Shown here in pieces: positions 17,623-27,111 of a DNA stretch of 64,000 bases. The stretch's first letter is position 1, and each line of letters begins with the position of its first letter. The stretch comes from Chloroflexota bacterium. GTDB taxonomy: Bacteria; Chloroflexota; Limnocylindria; P2-11E. A program made the position numbers and the translations under genes. The stretch is from assembly GCA_005882255.1 (NCBI GenBank), contig VBEZ01000124.1:1126-65125 (forward strand). Direction: 5' to 3'. The notes under the pieces were generated by a model. It was not told the DNA's origin and ran no database searches. It saw only the letters and a program-made list of their open reading frames with translations.

Positions 17623-17961
17623 CTAGCCCGCCTGCCGGCCGCGAGCGATCAACTCAGCGACCTTCTGTCCGCCCTTCTTACCGATCTCCTCGAAGTGCTC
17701 GTGTCCGTACTTCTCGGAGACAGTGTCGCCGCCGATCTTTCCGATGCGTCCGTAGAAGCGCGGGCCGTAGAGCTCTTTGACCTTCTGCCCACCCTGCTTT
17801 CCGATCTGCTCGTAGAAGTCAGACCCATGGCGGGCTGCGGTCGTGCGGCCACCCTTCTTACCGATCTGCTCGTAGAACTCGGGGCCGTGACGCTGCGCTG
17901 TGGTCGCTCCGCCTCGCCGGCCAGCCTCCGCGACGGTCATGGCGCCCTTGTTGCGCGTCAT
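17623..17961 (-). CDS. KGG-repeat general stress protein (GsiB/Con-10-like)
   Basis: The ATG at 17961 is preceded by AAGGGAG. There are four tandem repeats of the type HG(P/S)(E/D)FYEQIGKKGG. Confidence 0.8.
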   Translation of the reverse strand: MTRNKGAMTVAEAGRRGGATTAQRHGPEFYEQIGKKGGRTTAARHGSDFYEQIGKQGGQKVKELYGPRFYGRIGKIGGDTVSEKYGHEHFEEIGKKGGQKVAELIARGRQAG

Positions 17962-18120
17962 CCACTGTCTCCCTTCGATGCCTGACGGGGGCACCGTGTC
18001 TCCCCCGCTCAGTAGCGAGGCAGGCTGCAAGTCCTATGCCATCGCTCGGCTGTTCGGATGCCGAGCGTCTCATCAGGCGCACGCGCCGTGCAGGCAGTCC
18101 GGGCGGCAAGCGGACGGTTG

Positions 18121-18798
18121 CTAACGAATCTGCATCACGACCGTGCACAGGTCCGTGCAATTGAGCGCCGCCTTCACACGAGGCGAGAGATCGAACTCGC
18201 GGCCCGCGATGTAAGGCCCGCGGTCAACCACCGGCACGGTCACGGTGTTCGCGCCGTGCGTCAGGGTGACCATCGTCCCGCACGGAAGTGACTTGTGCGC
18301 GACTCCCCAGGTATCCGGCAGGAGCTGGATCGGCAGACCGTTCGCCGCGAGCCACTGCCAGCACGGCAGCCGGTTCTCGTAGAAACCAGGCCCGTACCAC
18401 GACACCGTCACGACGCTGCCGCTCGCCGACGGAGGTACCGCGGTGATCTCGATCGTGACGGCGGGAACGGCCGCGACCGTTGCTGGCGAGGCCGGTTGCG
18501 GGGCCGGCTCCTCCGTCGGCGCTACGTGACGCGACCGGGCGACCGGTTCGGGCAGACGAGGCAGGTCGTACGCGGCCGTGACCTGCAGCTCGGTCGTCGC
18601 CGCGACGATGACCGGCGCGCTGGTATGCGCGACGACGTCTGACAGGAATATCGGGAGGACCATCGCGAACCCGAACACCGCGACGCCCGCGCGCGCGATG
18701 GCCGTCGCGCGCCGCGGTGAGAGCAGCACGAGCAACGCGCAGAGCGAGCGGAAGAACCATTCGTTCCGCCCTGGAACCGGTCGCGGTCGCCGCCCCAC
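18121..18798 (-). CDS. RlpA-like double-psi beta-barrel (DPBB) protein
   Basis: N-terminal TM segment and a Pro-rich linker. The C-terminal domain reads SWYGPGFYENR...GVAHKSLPCGTMVTL...VPVVDRGPYIAGREFDLSPRV, matching the RlpA pattern SWYG...AH..LP.G..V.V...V.V.DRGP....DLS. Confidence 0.7.
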   Translation of the reverse strand: MGRRPRPVPGRNEWFFRSLCALLVLLSPRRATAIARAGVAVFGFAMVLPIFLSDVVAHTSAPVIVAATTELQVTAAYDLPRLPEPVARSRHVAPTEEPAPQPASPATVAAVPAVTIEITAVPPSASGSVVTVSWYGPGFYENRLPCWQWLAANGLPIQLLPDTWGVAHKSLPCGTMVTLTHGANTVTVPVVDRGPYIAGREFDLSPRVKAALNCTDLCTVVMQIR

Positions 18799-18926
18799 TG
18801 GCCGCGCCGCTGTGCACGACCGATTCCAGCCTGTGTCCCTGCTGTTGACATACCGTTACGTGGCCGACATGACATGCGGGGCGAGCGCTCGCTCGCTTGG
18901 GATTCTTTCTCGCAGCGCGCAGTGAT

Positions 18927-19532
18927 TCAGGACGGTAATGCGATGACGACGAAGCGCGGGTCTCCCGGATCCGGGCCGGTCGAGGTCTGGAGCGTGAGGC
19001 GTGCGCCGAACGTCGGCCCAGCCCAAGACACGTCGCTGGGGTCGACGCGTGGGTGTACCTCGCTGACGACGTAGTGGAGCTCACGTCCATCGGGTGTGGC
19101 GATCACGACCTCATCGCCCTCGCGTGCGTCCCAGAGTGCGAGGAACATCCCGCGTCGGGCATGCGCGTAGAAGTACGCGTTGCCGGATCCTCCGGGCAGA
19201 GCACTGCCGGGCAGATGGAAGGCGAAGTTCTCCGGCGTCTCCTGTCGTCCCGCATCGCGCTCGAGGTCGCCCTCCGCGAGAGGTAGGTCGATCGCGAGCC
19301 GCGGGATCTTGATGCGATAACCCGGCGGGATCGCCGCCACAGGGGTCGCGGTCGGATCGATCGGACTCACGGTCGAGCTTGGCGCCGGCGACATCGTCAC
19401 CGCAGCGACCGCGGGCGGCAGGAGCGCCGCAGGCGGCGCCGGCCGGGACGCCACGATGAGCACGAGGCCGAGGCAGAGCGTGAGGACACTGACCGCGGGC
19501 ATCCAACGATTCACGGGCATACTCCCGAGCAC
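18927..19532 (-). CDS. sortase-fold protein with Ser in place of the catalytic Cys
   Basis: Signal anchor, then sortase-like blocks: IKIPRLAIDLPLAEG, GNAYFYAHARRGMFLALWDAREGDEVVI, YVVSEV..VDPSDV, LTLQTSTGP (canonical TLxTC) and PRFVVIA. Confidence 0.7.
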   Translation of the reverse strand: MLGSMPVNRWMPAVSVLTLCLGLVLIVASRPAPPAALLPPAVAAVTMSPAPSSTVSPIDPTATPVAAIPPGYRIKIPRLAIDLPLAEGDLERDAGRQETPENFAFHLPGSALPGGSGNAYFYAHARRGMFLALWDAREGDEVVIATPDGRELHYVVSEVHPRVDPSDVSWAGPTFGARLTLQTSTGPDPGDPRFVVIALPS

Positions 19533-19537
19533 ACCAG

Positions 19538-20644
19538 ATGCCCGCCGAACGTTCTACGTACCAGTCACGCCGCAAGCGAGCGAGCGAAGGACTCCGCGCC
19601 CGCGGCCTCGCCGCGCTGCTGCTGTCGCCCGGTTCGGATCTCGCGTACCTGGCCGGCTACCGCGTCTTCGCCAGCGAACGTCTCACCTGTCTGGTCGTGA
19701 GCGCGGACGGCGACGCGACGCTCGTCGTCCCCGAGCTCGAATCGCCGCGCGCCAAGGCCGTGGCGCCCGACCTCCCGCAGCGCACCTGGAATGAGACGGA
19801 CGATCCGTACGCGCTCGTCGCGCGTCTTGTGGCCGCACCCGGCGACGTCGCCGTCGCGGATCAGATGTGGTCGCTGTTCGTGCTGCGGCTGCAAGCGGCT
19901 CTTCGCGGCCGCGGCTTCCAGCTCGCGTCGGACATCACGCGCGGTCTGCGAATGCGCAAGGACGCGTACGAGCGCGATGCGTTGCGCGCCGTCTCCGCCG
20001 CGGCGGACCGCGCCTACCCGCGCCTCCTCGAGCGCGAGTTCGCCGGGCGATCAGAACGTGAGGTCGGCGCCGAGCTCGCGGCTTTCTTGCGCGACGAGGG
20101 ACACGACGAGGTCACGTTCACCATCGTCGCGTCGGGTCCGAACGGGGCGTCGCCACATCACGAGACCGGCGAACGGCGCATCGCGCGCGGCGACACTGTC
20201 GTGCTGGACTTCGGTGGCACGCGTGAGTGGTATTGCTCCGACATCACGCGCACCGTGCACGTCGGCAAGGACGTCGACGACGAGGTCCGAAAGGTCCACG
20301 ACATCGTGCGGCGATCGCAGGAGGCCGGCTATGCGGCGGCGCGCAGCGGCGCCACCGCGGCATCGGTCGACGCGGCGTCGCGGCACGTGATCGACGAGGC
20401 CGGTTATGGCGAGCGGTTCATCCACCGCACCGGACACGGCATCGGCCTGGACGGACACGAGCATCCGTATCTCGTCCGCGGCAACGACGAGAAGCTCGAG
20501 CCCGGAATGGCATTCTCGATCGAGCCCGGCATCTACATCCCAGGTCGGTTCGGCGTTCGCATCGAGGACATCGCGATCCTCGGTGACGACGGTCGCGCCG
20601 AGCCGCTGAACCGAGCGGATCACGCGCTCGCGATCGTCCGGTAG
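19538..20644 (+). CDS. M24-family Xaa-Pro aminopeptidase/dipeptidase
   Basis: Motifs HRTGHGIGLDGHEHPYL, FSIEPGIY and VRIEDIAI, with a creatinase-like N-terminal domain. Confidence 0.9.
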   Translation: MPAERSTYQSRRKRASEGLRARGLAALLLSPGSDLAYLAGYRVFASERLTCLVVSADGDATLVVPELESPRAKAVAPDLPQRTWNETDDPYALVARLVAAPGDVAVADQMWSLFVLRLQAALRGRGFQLASDITRGLRMRKDAYERDALRAVSAAADRAYPRLLEREFAGRSEREVGAELAAFLRDEGHDEVTFTIVASGPNGASPHHETGERRIARGDTVVLDFGGTREWYCSDITRTVHVGKDVDDEVRKVHDIVRRSQEAGYAAARSGATAASVDAASRHVIDEAGYGERFIHRTGHGIGLDGHEHPYLVRGNDEKLEPGMAFSIEPGIYIPGRFGVRIEDIAILGDDGRAEPLNRADHALAIVR

Positions 20645-20660
20645 CCCGCTGCGCTTCTGG

Positions 20661-21014
20661 TTGGCCGTGGTCGCCGCGGCGATCGCGGACCTGGCGGCGT
20701 TCCTCGCCGTCCCGAACTGGTTCGGCGTCGCGGCGATCGGCGCGATCGCGTACCTGCTCTTCTCCGCGTTCGGCGCGGGCTGGTTCGCGATGCGGCGTTC
20801 GGCGTTCGCCGGCTTCCTGTCGGTCCTCATCGGCGCCGTGATCTATGGCGTGTATTCGCTGTGGAGACAGGGCGCGAGCCTGGGTGCCACCGGCCTCGAT
20901 CTGCTGAGCTGGGAGGCGCGCCTCCTCATCGAGCTGCTGCCGTACGCGGTCGGCGGCGCCTTCGCGGGCGCTGCCGGTGGCTGGCTGCGCCGTCGCGCGA
21001 TGGCGCGCATCTGA
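20661..21014 (+). CDS. membrane protein, unknown function
   Basis: 117-aa ORF with about four hydrophobic helices. Confidence 0.5.
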   Translation: MAVVAAAIADLAAFLAVPNWFGVAAIGAIAYLLFSAFGAGWFAMRRSAFAGFLSVLIGAVIYGVYSLWRQGASLGATGLDLLSWEARLLIELLPYAVGGAFAGAAGGWLRRRAMARI

Positions 21015-21403
21015 TGCGCACGCGGCTCATCGCGGCGGTGACCGCGACGTCCGTCGGGCTCGCCTTCTGGTGGGGCCTGACCGAGCCCTTGCCGGTGCCG
21101 CCGGTCATCCTGCTCGGCGTGCCCGCGGCGATCCTGTTCTGCGCGGGTCTCATCGCGGGCCGCCTCGGCGCGGTCGCGTCACCGGTCGCACTGCTGTTCT
21201 CGTTGTTCATCGGCAGCATCATCGCGACGCAGCTCCATCAGGCGTTCCGACCGAACACTCCGCCGGTGTCTTCGTTCGGCGATCTGATGGTGCTCGGGCT
21301 TCCGGACCTGCTCATCCCACTTGGCGCGGCAGCCGTGCTCGGCCTCATTGGCGGTCTCTTGGGCGAGCGGCTCCTTCCATCGTCGCCGGGCGCCAAGACA
21401 TAG
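21014..21403 (+). CDS. membrane protein, unknown function
   Basis: The ATG at 21014 overlaps the previous stop (TGATG). Hydrophobic helices run throughout. The longer ORF from 20861 has an Arg-rich, non-protein-like N-terminus. Confidence 0.5.
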   Translation: MRTRLIAAVTATSVGLAFWWGLTEPLPVPPVILLGVPAAILFCAGLIAGRLGAVASPVALLFSLFIGSIIATQLHQAFRPNTPPVSSFGDLMVLGLPDLLIPLGAAAVLGLIGGLLGERLLPSSPGAKT

Positions 21404-21418
21404 CGCGCGCGCTGGTGG

Positions 21419-22873
21419 CTAACGAAGCAGCGGGTTCGCGGCCTGCAGCGCCCACGCATATAAGGAGTTCGGCAGCACGCCGAGCACGATCGTGGCGAGC
21501 GCCGAAAGGCCGAGCGCGGTCGAAAGGAGCCGCGTGCTGGCGACGATCGGCGCGCCCGTGTCGGGGTCGTACATGTACATGTGAACGACGACGCGGAGGT
21601 AGTAGAAGGCCGCGAGCACGGCGTTGAGCGCGATGAACACCGCGAGCCAGGCGTAGCCGGCGTCGAGCACCGGCTGGATGACCAGGAACTTCGCGACGAA
21701 GCCGACGGTCGGCGGGATCCCGGTGAGCGAGAAGAGGAAGATCGCGAACGCGAACGCGCCCAGGGGCTGCCGACGCGCGAAGCCGTTCAGCTCCTCGAGC
21801 GTGGCCCCACGCGAGCCCTCGATATCGAAGTACAGCAGGCACGCGAACGCACCGAGGTTCATGACGCCGTATGCGAACACGTAGAAGAGGACCGCCGCCG
21901 TCGCCGACGGTCCCGCGGCCGACGCCGCGACCGCGGCGAGGATGTAGCCGGTATGCGCGATGCTCGAGTACGCGAGCATCCGTTTCGTATTCGTCTGCGC
22001 CAGCGCGACGATGTTCCCACCGGTCATCGTCACCGCGGCCAGCACCGCGAACACCGTGCTCCAGTCGACCTGCAGCGGCGCGAGGCCGCTCACCAGCACG
22101 CGCAGGATCGCGGCGAACGCCGCCGCCTTCGGGCCCACGGACATGAAGGCCGTCGCGGGCGTCGGCGCGCCGTCGTACGCGTCGGGCGTCCACTGGTGGA
22201 ACGGGACGACCGCGGCCTTGAATCCGAGGCCGACCGTCACGAGTGCGAGGGCGACGATGGTGGGCCCGTTCGCGAGACCGATGCGCTGCAGCTCGGTCGC
22301 GACGTCGATGTAGCGGGTCGAGCCGGTCACGCCGTAGAGCCACGCGAAGCCGTAGACCAGAAGCGCCGAGCTGAACGCGCCGAGGAGGAAATACTTCAGC
22401 GCGGCCTCGTTCGCGAAACGATCGCGACGCTGCATTCCCGCGAGCACGTAGATCGGGATGGTCATGAGCTCGAGGCCGACGAAGAGCGTGATGAGATCGG
22501 TGGAGAGGGCGATGGTCATCGCTCCGACGGTGGAGAAGCAGATCGTCGCGTAGTACTCGCCGGGTGGGATCCCGCGCCGGTCGAGGTACGAGGGCGCGAC
22601 GAGCGTCGCGAAGACGGCGAGGACGATGAACACCGCGCGGAAGAACGTCGTGAAGGTGTCGATCTGGACGAAGCCACCGAAGTACTGGCCCGAAGGCGGT
22701 GCGAGTGGCCCGCCGAGGAACGCGAGCGCGAGACCGACGACGGTCATCGCGGGCAGCACGCCGCGCGACTGCCCGCGCGGCAGAAGGCCGTCGGCGACGA
22801 GCACGACGCAGGCCGTGATCGTCACGAGCACCTCGGGCAGGACCGGGATGAGCGTGTCGAGGAACGCGGTCAC
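21419..22873 (-). CDS. nuoN: NADH-quinone oxidoreductase subunit N
   Basis: 484-aa antiporter-like subunit with motif AYSSIAHTGYIL. Last gene of the nuo cluster. Confidence 0.9.
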   Translation of the reverse strand: MTAFLDTLIPVLPEVLVTITACVVLVADGLLPRGQSRGVLPAMTVVGLALAFLGGPLAPPSGQYFGGFVQIDTFTTFFRAVFIVLAVFATLVAPSYLDRRGIPPGEYYATICFSTVGAMTIALSTDLITLFVGLELMTIPIYVLAGMQRRDRFANEAALKYFLLGAFSSALLVYGFAWLYGVTGSTRYIDVATELQRIGLANGPTIVALALVTVGLGFKAAVVPFHQWTPDAYDGAPTPATAFMSVGPKAAAFAAILRVLVSGLAPLQVDWSTVFAVLAAVTMTGGNIVALAQTNTKRMLAYSSIAHTGYILAAVAASAAGPSATAAVLFYVFAYGVMNLGAFACLLYFDIEGSRGATLEELNGFARRQPLGAFAFAIFLFSLTGIPPTVGFVAKFLVIQPVLDAGYAWLAVFIALNAVLAAFYYLRVVVHMYMYDPDTGAPIVASTRLLSTALGLSALATIVLGVLPNSLYAWALQAANPLLR

Positions 22874-24396
22874 TTGATCGCGACCTGGAATCCGGGGTCG
22901 GTCGCGAGCCGGAGCACCTGCTGAAGTGAGGGCTCGATGATCGCGATCGCCTGCTGCGGGAAGACCCCGAGCAGCACGGTGAGGACGACCAGCGGCACGG
23001 CGCAGACGACCTCGATCGGGGACAGGTCGGGGAGCGCGCGATACGCCTCACGCACGGGTCCGTACATCACGCGTTGGAACATCCAGAGCAGATAGACGGC
23101 GGCGAGGATCACGCCGAGTGCGGCGACCGGACCCCAGAACAGGCCGCCGAGCGGCACGCCGCTGAACTTGAAGGTACCCAGCAGCACGAGGAACTCGCCG
23201 ACGAAACCGTTGAGGCCCGGCAGGCCCAGCGAGGCAAGCACGAAGATCCCGAAGAACGTCGTGTACAACGGCCAGCGGTTCGCGAGCCCCCCGAGATCCG
23301 CGATGAGACGTCGGTGGGTGCGCTCGTACTGGATCCCGACGAAGAGGAAGAGCGCGCCGGTGACGAACCCATGGTTGAGCATCTGCAGCACCGCGCCGAC
23401 GCCGCCCTGCGCGTTCAGGACGAAGATGCCGAGCGTCACGAAGCCCATGTGCGCGACGGAGGAGTACGCGACGAGCTTCTTCAGATCCTTCTGTACCGTC
23501 GACACGGCGGCGCCGTAGAGGATGGCGACCACGGACAGCACGATGATCACCGGCAGCCAGAGCTGCGTACCCACGGGAAAGAGCGGCAGCGCGAAGCGCA
23601 GAAAACCGTAGCCACCCGCCTTCAGGAGGACGCCGGCGAGGATGATCGAGCCCGCGGTCGGCGCCTCGACGTGGGCGTCGGGCAGCCAGGTGTGGAACGG
23701 GACCATCGGCAGCTTGATCGCGAACGCGAGTCCGAACGCGAGGAAGACCCAGAACTGGAAGTCAGCGGAGAAACGCCCGCGAGACGCGAGCAGCTCCGGC
23801 AGCGAGAGCGTGCGCGCGCCCTCGTCGCCGGACGCGAGCCAGACGGCGACGATGGCCACGAGCATGAGCAGCGAGCCCGCAAGGGTGAAGATCACGAACT
23901 TGAGCGTCGAGTAGATGCGACGCGGGCCGCCCCAGATGCCGATGATGAGATACATCGGCACGAGCATCAGCTCGAACATGACGTAGAAGAGGAAGAGATC
24001 GAGCGAGACGAAGACGCCGACCATGCCGATCTCGAGGATGAGGAACGCCGCCATGAATGACGCGATACGGTCCTTGATCGCGCCCCCTGATGAGTAGAGC
24101 ACCGAGATGAAGGTGAGCAGCGTCGTCATCGGGACGAGCAGCACCGAGATCCCGTCGACGCCGACGAGGTAACGGATGCCGAGGCTGGGAAGCCAGTCCG
24201 CCTGCTCGATGAGCTGGAAGCCCGCGTCGCCCACGTGGAATTGCGCGAGCATGACCAGCGAGAGCAGGAGCTCGAACAATGTCGTGACGACGGCGACCTG
24301 CTTCACCGAGCGCGGGTCGTTCCGGAAGACGTAGAGCGGCAGGAGCCCGATCGCGGGCACCGCGAGGAGCAGGGTGAGGATGTGGTCGATCGTCAT
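22870..24396 (-). CDS. nuoM: NADH-quinone oxidoreductase subunit M
   Basis: The ATG at 24396 (MTIDHILTLL) forms an ATGA overlap with the nuoL stop. Motif AYSSVAHMGFVTLGIF. Confidence 0.9.
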   Translation of the reverse strand: MTIDHILTLLLAVPAIGLLPLYVFRNDPRSVKQVAVVTTLFELLLSLVMLAQFHVGDAGFQLIEQADWLPSLGIRYLVGVDGISVLLVPMTTLLTFISVLYSSGGAIKDRIASFMAAFLILEIGMVGVFVSLDLFLFYVMFELMLVPMYLIIGIWGGPRRIYSTLKFVIFTLAGSLLMLVAIVAVWLASGDEGARTLSLPELLASRGRFSADFQFWVFLAFGLAFAIKLPMVPFHTWLPDAHVEAPTAGSIILAGVLLKAGGYGFLRFALPLFPVGTQLWLPVIIVLSVVAILYGAAVSTVQKDLKKLVAYSSVAHMGFVTLGIFVLNAQGGVGAVLQMLNHGFVTGALFLFVGIQYERTHRRLIADLGGLANRWPLYTTFFGIFVLASLGLPGLNGFVGEFLVLLGTFKFSGVPLGGLFWGPVAALGVILAAVYLLWMFQRVMYGPVREAYRALPDLSPIEVVCAVPLVVLTVLLGVFPQQAIAIIEPSLQQVLRLATDPGFQVAIK

Positions 24397-26294
24397 CGCG
24401 TGAAGAGCCCCGACGCGTAGCCGCCGTACACGACGAGGATGACCAGCAGGCCCGCCACGATCGTGAGCGCGTAGTTCCCGACGATGCCGGTCTGCGCGCG
24501 ACGCAGCGAGCTTCCGCCGGTGGCCGCGAGCCAGCCGAGCCGGTTCGCGAGACCGTCGATCACGTGGACGTCGAAGGCCCACATCGCGCCGAAGGCGGCG
24601 CGGAAGGCCTCGACGATCCGCCGGTCGTAGAGCTCATCGATGAAGTACTTGTTCACCAGCACGCGGTAGAGCGGGCCGGCGGCGCGCGACACCGCGGCCG
24701 GGTCCGGCCGGTGACGTACGTACATGGAAAGGCCGACGAGGATCCCGAGAACGCCGGCGGCCACCGAGATCGCGGCGAGCACGAGGATCGTCGCGGCCTC
24801 CGGCGCGTGCTCGGCGATGCCCTCGACCTGGGCGACCGGGCCAAGGAACCGGTGGATGAACCCCGTCTCGGGCGGGAACCCGATCGCGACGCCGAGCACG
24901 ACGGTACCGACGGCCAGCGCAGCGAGAGGCAGCGTCATCACCGCCGGCGACTCGTGCGCGTGGTCGTAGAGGTGGTGATCGCGCGGCTCACCGTGGAACG
25001 TCAGCCACATCGCGCGCGTCACGTAGAACGCGGTGAGGACGGCGGTGAGGATGCCGACCGCCCACAGGACCGGATAGCCACCCAGGAAGGCCGCGGCGAC
25101 GATCTCATCCTTCGACCAGAAGCCGGCGAGCGGTGGCAGCGCGGCGAGCGCGCCGCCGGCGAGCAGCATCGTCCAGTAGGTCACCGGAAGCTTGCGCCGC
25201 AGGCCGCCCATCTTCCGCATGTCCTGCTCGCCACCGAGGCCGTGGATCACGGAGCCGGAACCCAGGAACAGCAGGGCCTTGAAGAACGCGTGCGTCGCGA
25301 GGTGGAAGATCGCCGCGACCGGAGCCCCGACGCCGAGCGCAAGGAACATGTAGCCGAGCTGGCTCACGGTCGAATAGGCCATCACGCGCTTGATGTCGAA
25401 TTGCACGAGCGCGATCGTGGCCGCGAAGATCGCGGTGATCGCGCCGACGACGCCGACGACCGCGAGCGAGGGACCCGCCGCCGCGAACAGCGGCATCGAG
25501 CGCGCGACCAGATACACGCCGGCGGTGACCATCGTCGCCGCGTGGATCAGGGCCGACACCGGCGTCGGCCCCTCCATCGCGTCGGGCAGCCACGAGTACA
25601 GCGGCAGCTGCGCCGACTTGCCGGTGGCGCCGAAGAAGAAGGCGACGCAGATGAGCGTGAGGTTCGCCTGCGTCGCGATGCCAACGTGCTCGAACACGTC
25701 GGTGAACTGCATCGAGCCGAAGACGAGGAACGTCGTGATCATGCCGATCGTGTAGCCCCAGTCGCCGATCCGGTTCATCACGAACGCTTTCTTCGCCGCG
25801 ACATACGGCTCGGGACGCTCGAACCAGAACCCGATCAGGAGATAGCTGCAGAGACCGACCCCCTCCCACCCGACGAACATGAGGAGGTAGTTGTCGGCCA
25901 TGACCAGGATGAGCATCGCGAACACGAACAGCGACAGCCAGGTGAAGAAACGATGGAAGCCGTGATCGTGCTCCATGTATCCGTTCGAGTAGACGAAGAT
26001 GAGGAAGCTCACGACGGTGACGACAAGCAGCATGACCGACGACAGCGGATCGACGAGCGCGGCGACGCGCGAGTGGAAGTCCCCGACGCCGATCCACTCA
26101 TAGAGGTTGACGGTCGTCCGAGTCTGGCCGCCGAGGACCTCGAGGAACACGCCGATCGCGACGATCGCCGAGAGTCCGACCGCCGACGACGCGATGATGC
26201 CGGTCCACCTATGGAGCCATCGCCGACCGAAGAGGCCGTCGATGAGGAACGCCGCCAGCGGGAACGCGGGGATGAGCCAGACGTTCTGGATCAC
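24393..26294 (-). CDS. nuoL: NADH-quinone oxidoreductase subunit L
   Basis: 633 aa. Motif AYSTVSQLGYMFLALG. Has the long C-terminal extension typical of NuoL. Confidence 0.92.
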   Translation of the reverse strand: MIQNVWLIPAFPLAAFLIDGLFGRRWLHRWTGIIASSAVGLSAIVAIGVFLEVLGGQTRTTVNLYEWIGVGDFHSRVAALVDPLSSVMLLVVTVVSFLIFVYSNGYMEHDHGFHRFFTWLSLFVFAMLILVMADNYLLMFVGWEGVGLCSYLLIGFWFERPEPYVAAKKAFVMNRIGDWGYTIGMITTFLVFGSMQFTDVFEHVGIATQANLTLICVAFFFGATGKSAQLPLYSWLPDAMEGPTPVSALIHAATMVTAGVYLVARSMPLFAAAGPSLAVVGVVGAITAIFAATIALVQFDIKRVMAYSTVSQLGYMFLALGVGAPVAAIFHLATHAFFKALLFLGSGSVIHGLGGEQDMRKMGGLRRKLPVTYWTMLLAGGALAALPPLAGFWSKDEIVAAAFLGGYPVLWAVGILTAVLTAFYVTRAMWLTFHGEPRDHHLYDHAHESPAVMTLPLAALAVGTVVLGVAIGFPPETGFIHRFLGPVAQVEGIAEHAPEAATILVLAAISVAAGVLGILVGLSMYVRHRPDPAAVSRAAGPLYRVLVNKYFIDELYDRRIVEAFRAAFGAMWAFDVHVIDGLANRLGWLAATGGSSLRRAQTGIVGNYALTIVAGLLVILVVYGGYASGLFTR

Positions 26295-26298
26295 GCGA

Positions 26299-26610
26299 TC
26301 AACCCTTGAGCTGCCGGATCTCGTCGACGTCGACCGTGGGCCTGTTGCGATACGCCGATAGGACGATGGCCAGGCCGACCGCGACCTCCGCCGCGGCGAC
26401 GACGAAGACGAAGACGACGAACACGCTCCCGCGCTCGTCGATCGACGAATAGCGCCGTGAGAATGCGACCAGAGCGAGGTTCGTCGCGTTGAGCATCAGC
26501 TCGACGGACATGAGGATCACGACCGCGTTGCGCCGGACGAGAACGCCGGCTGTGCCGATGAAGAACAGCACCGCCGAGACCGCGATGAACGCTCCGAGCG
26601 GAACGGCCAT
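26299..26610 (-). CDS. nuoK: NADH-quinone oxidoreductase subunit K
   Basis: 103 aa with three TM helices. Motif MSVELMLNATNLALVAF. Confidence 0.9.
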   Translation of the reverse strand: MAVPLGAFIAVSAVLFFIGTAGVLVRRNAVVILMSVELMLNATNLALVAFSRRYSSIDERGSVFVVFVFVVAAAEVAVGLAIVLSAYRNRPTVDVDEIRQLKG

Positions 26611-27111
26611 TCAGTCCTCGTCCCGCTTCACTAGCACGATCGCGCCGACCATGGCCGCGAGGAGAAGGACCGACGCGACCTCGAACGGAAACGCGAAGTC
26701 GCGGAACACGCTCGTCGCGAGCGGCAGGAGGTCGCCGCCCTTGGCGCCCAGCGTCGCCGAATCGCGGAAGGAGAACGCCACGAGCGCGACGAAGATCGCG
26801 ATCGGCACGACAAAGAGCGCGGCCCAGTACTTCTGGGTCTGGAAGAACAGGCCGTAAGCGCGGGGAGACTGCGGTGTGAACATCACGCCGTACAGGATCA
26901 GGACGGTGATGGCGCCGACGTAGATGAGGACCTGGAACATCGCGATGGTTTCCGCGCCGAGCAGCACGAACATGCCGGCGATGTTCAGGAAGGTGAAGGC
27001 CATGAGCAGGGCCGAGGTCGTGATCCGGTTGGCGAGGACCACGCCCGCACCCGCCGCGACGATGGCGATCGTCAGGATCGCGAACAGCGCCGGTTCGATG
27101 AAGTCGACCAT
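26611..27111 (-). CDS. nuoJ: NADH-quinone oxidoreductase subunit J
   Basis: The ATG at 27111 (MVDFIEPALFAILTIAIV) overlaps the nuoH stop by 1 nt. Motif QVLIYVGAITVLILYGVM. Confidence 0.88.
   Translation of the reverse strand: MVDFIEPALFAILTIAIVAAGAGVVLANRITTSALLMAFTFLNIAGMFVLLGAETIAMFQVLIYVGAITVLILYGVMFTPQSPRAYGLFFQTQKYWAALFVVPIAIFVALVAFSFRDSATLGAKGGDLLPLATSVFRDFAFPFEVASVLLLAAMVGAIVLVKRDED

Noticed and set aside
17623-17961. ~66-nt periodic nucleotide repeats considered as a non-coding repeat array.
   Set aside because: They are in frame and encode the four KGG-type peptide repeats of a stress protein.
18799-18926. Cyclic-di-AMP (ydaO-type) riboswitch looked for upstream of the RlpA-like gene. 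Also looked for upstream of the LysM-M23 gene (29088..29240) and the SpoIID gene (11087..11307), because such riboswitches often precede cell-wall hydrolases in Gram-positive lineages.
   Set aside because: The leaders are short. I could not find the paired conserved ACGGGG/CCCA-type cores or the pseudo-two-fold architecture. Not supported by eye; an Infernal scan would settle it.
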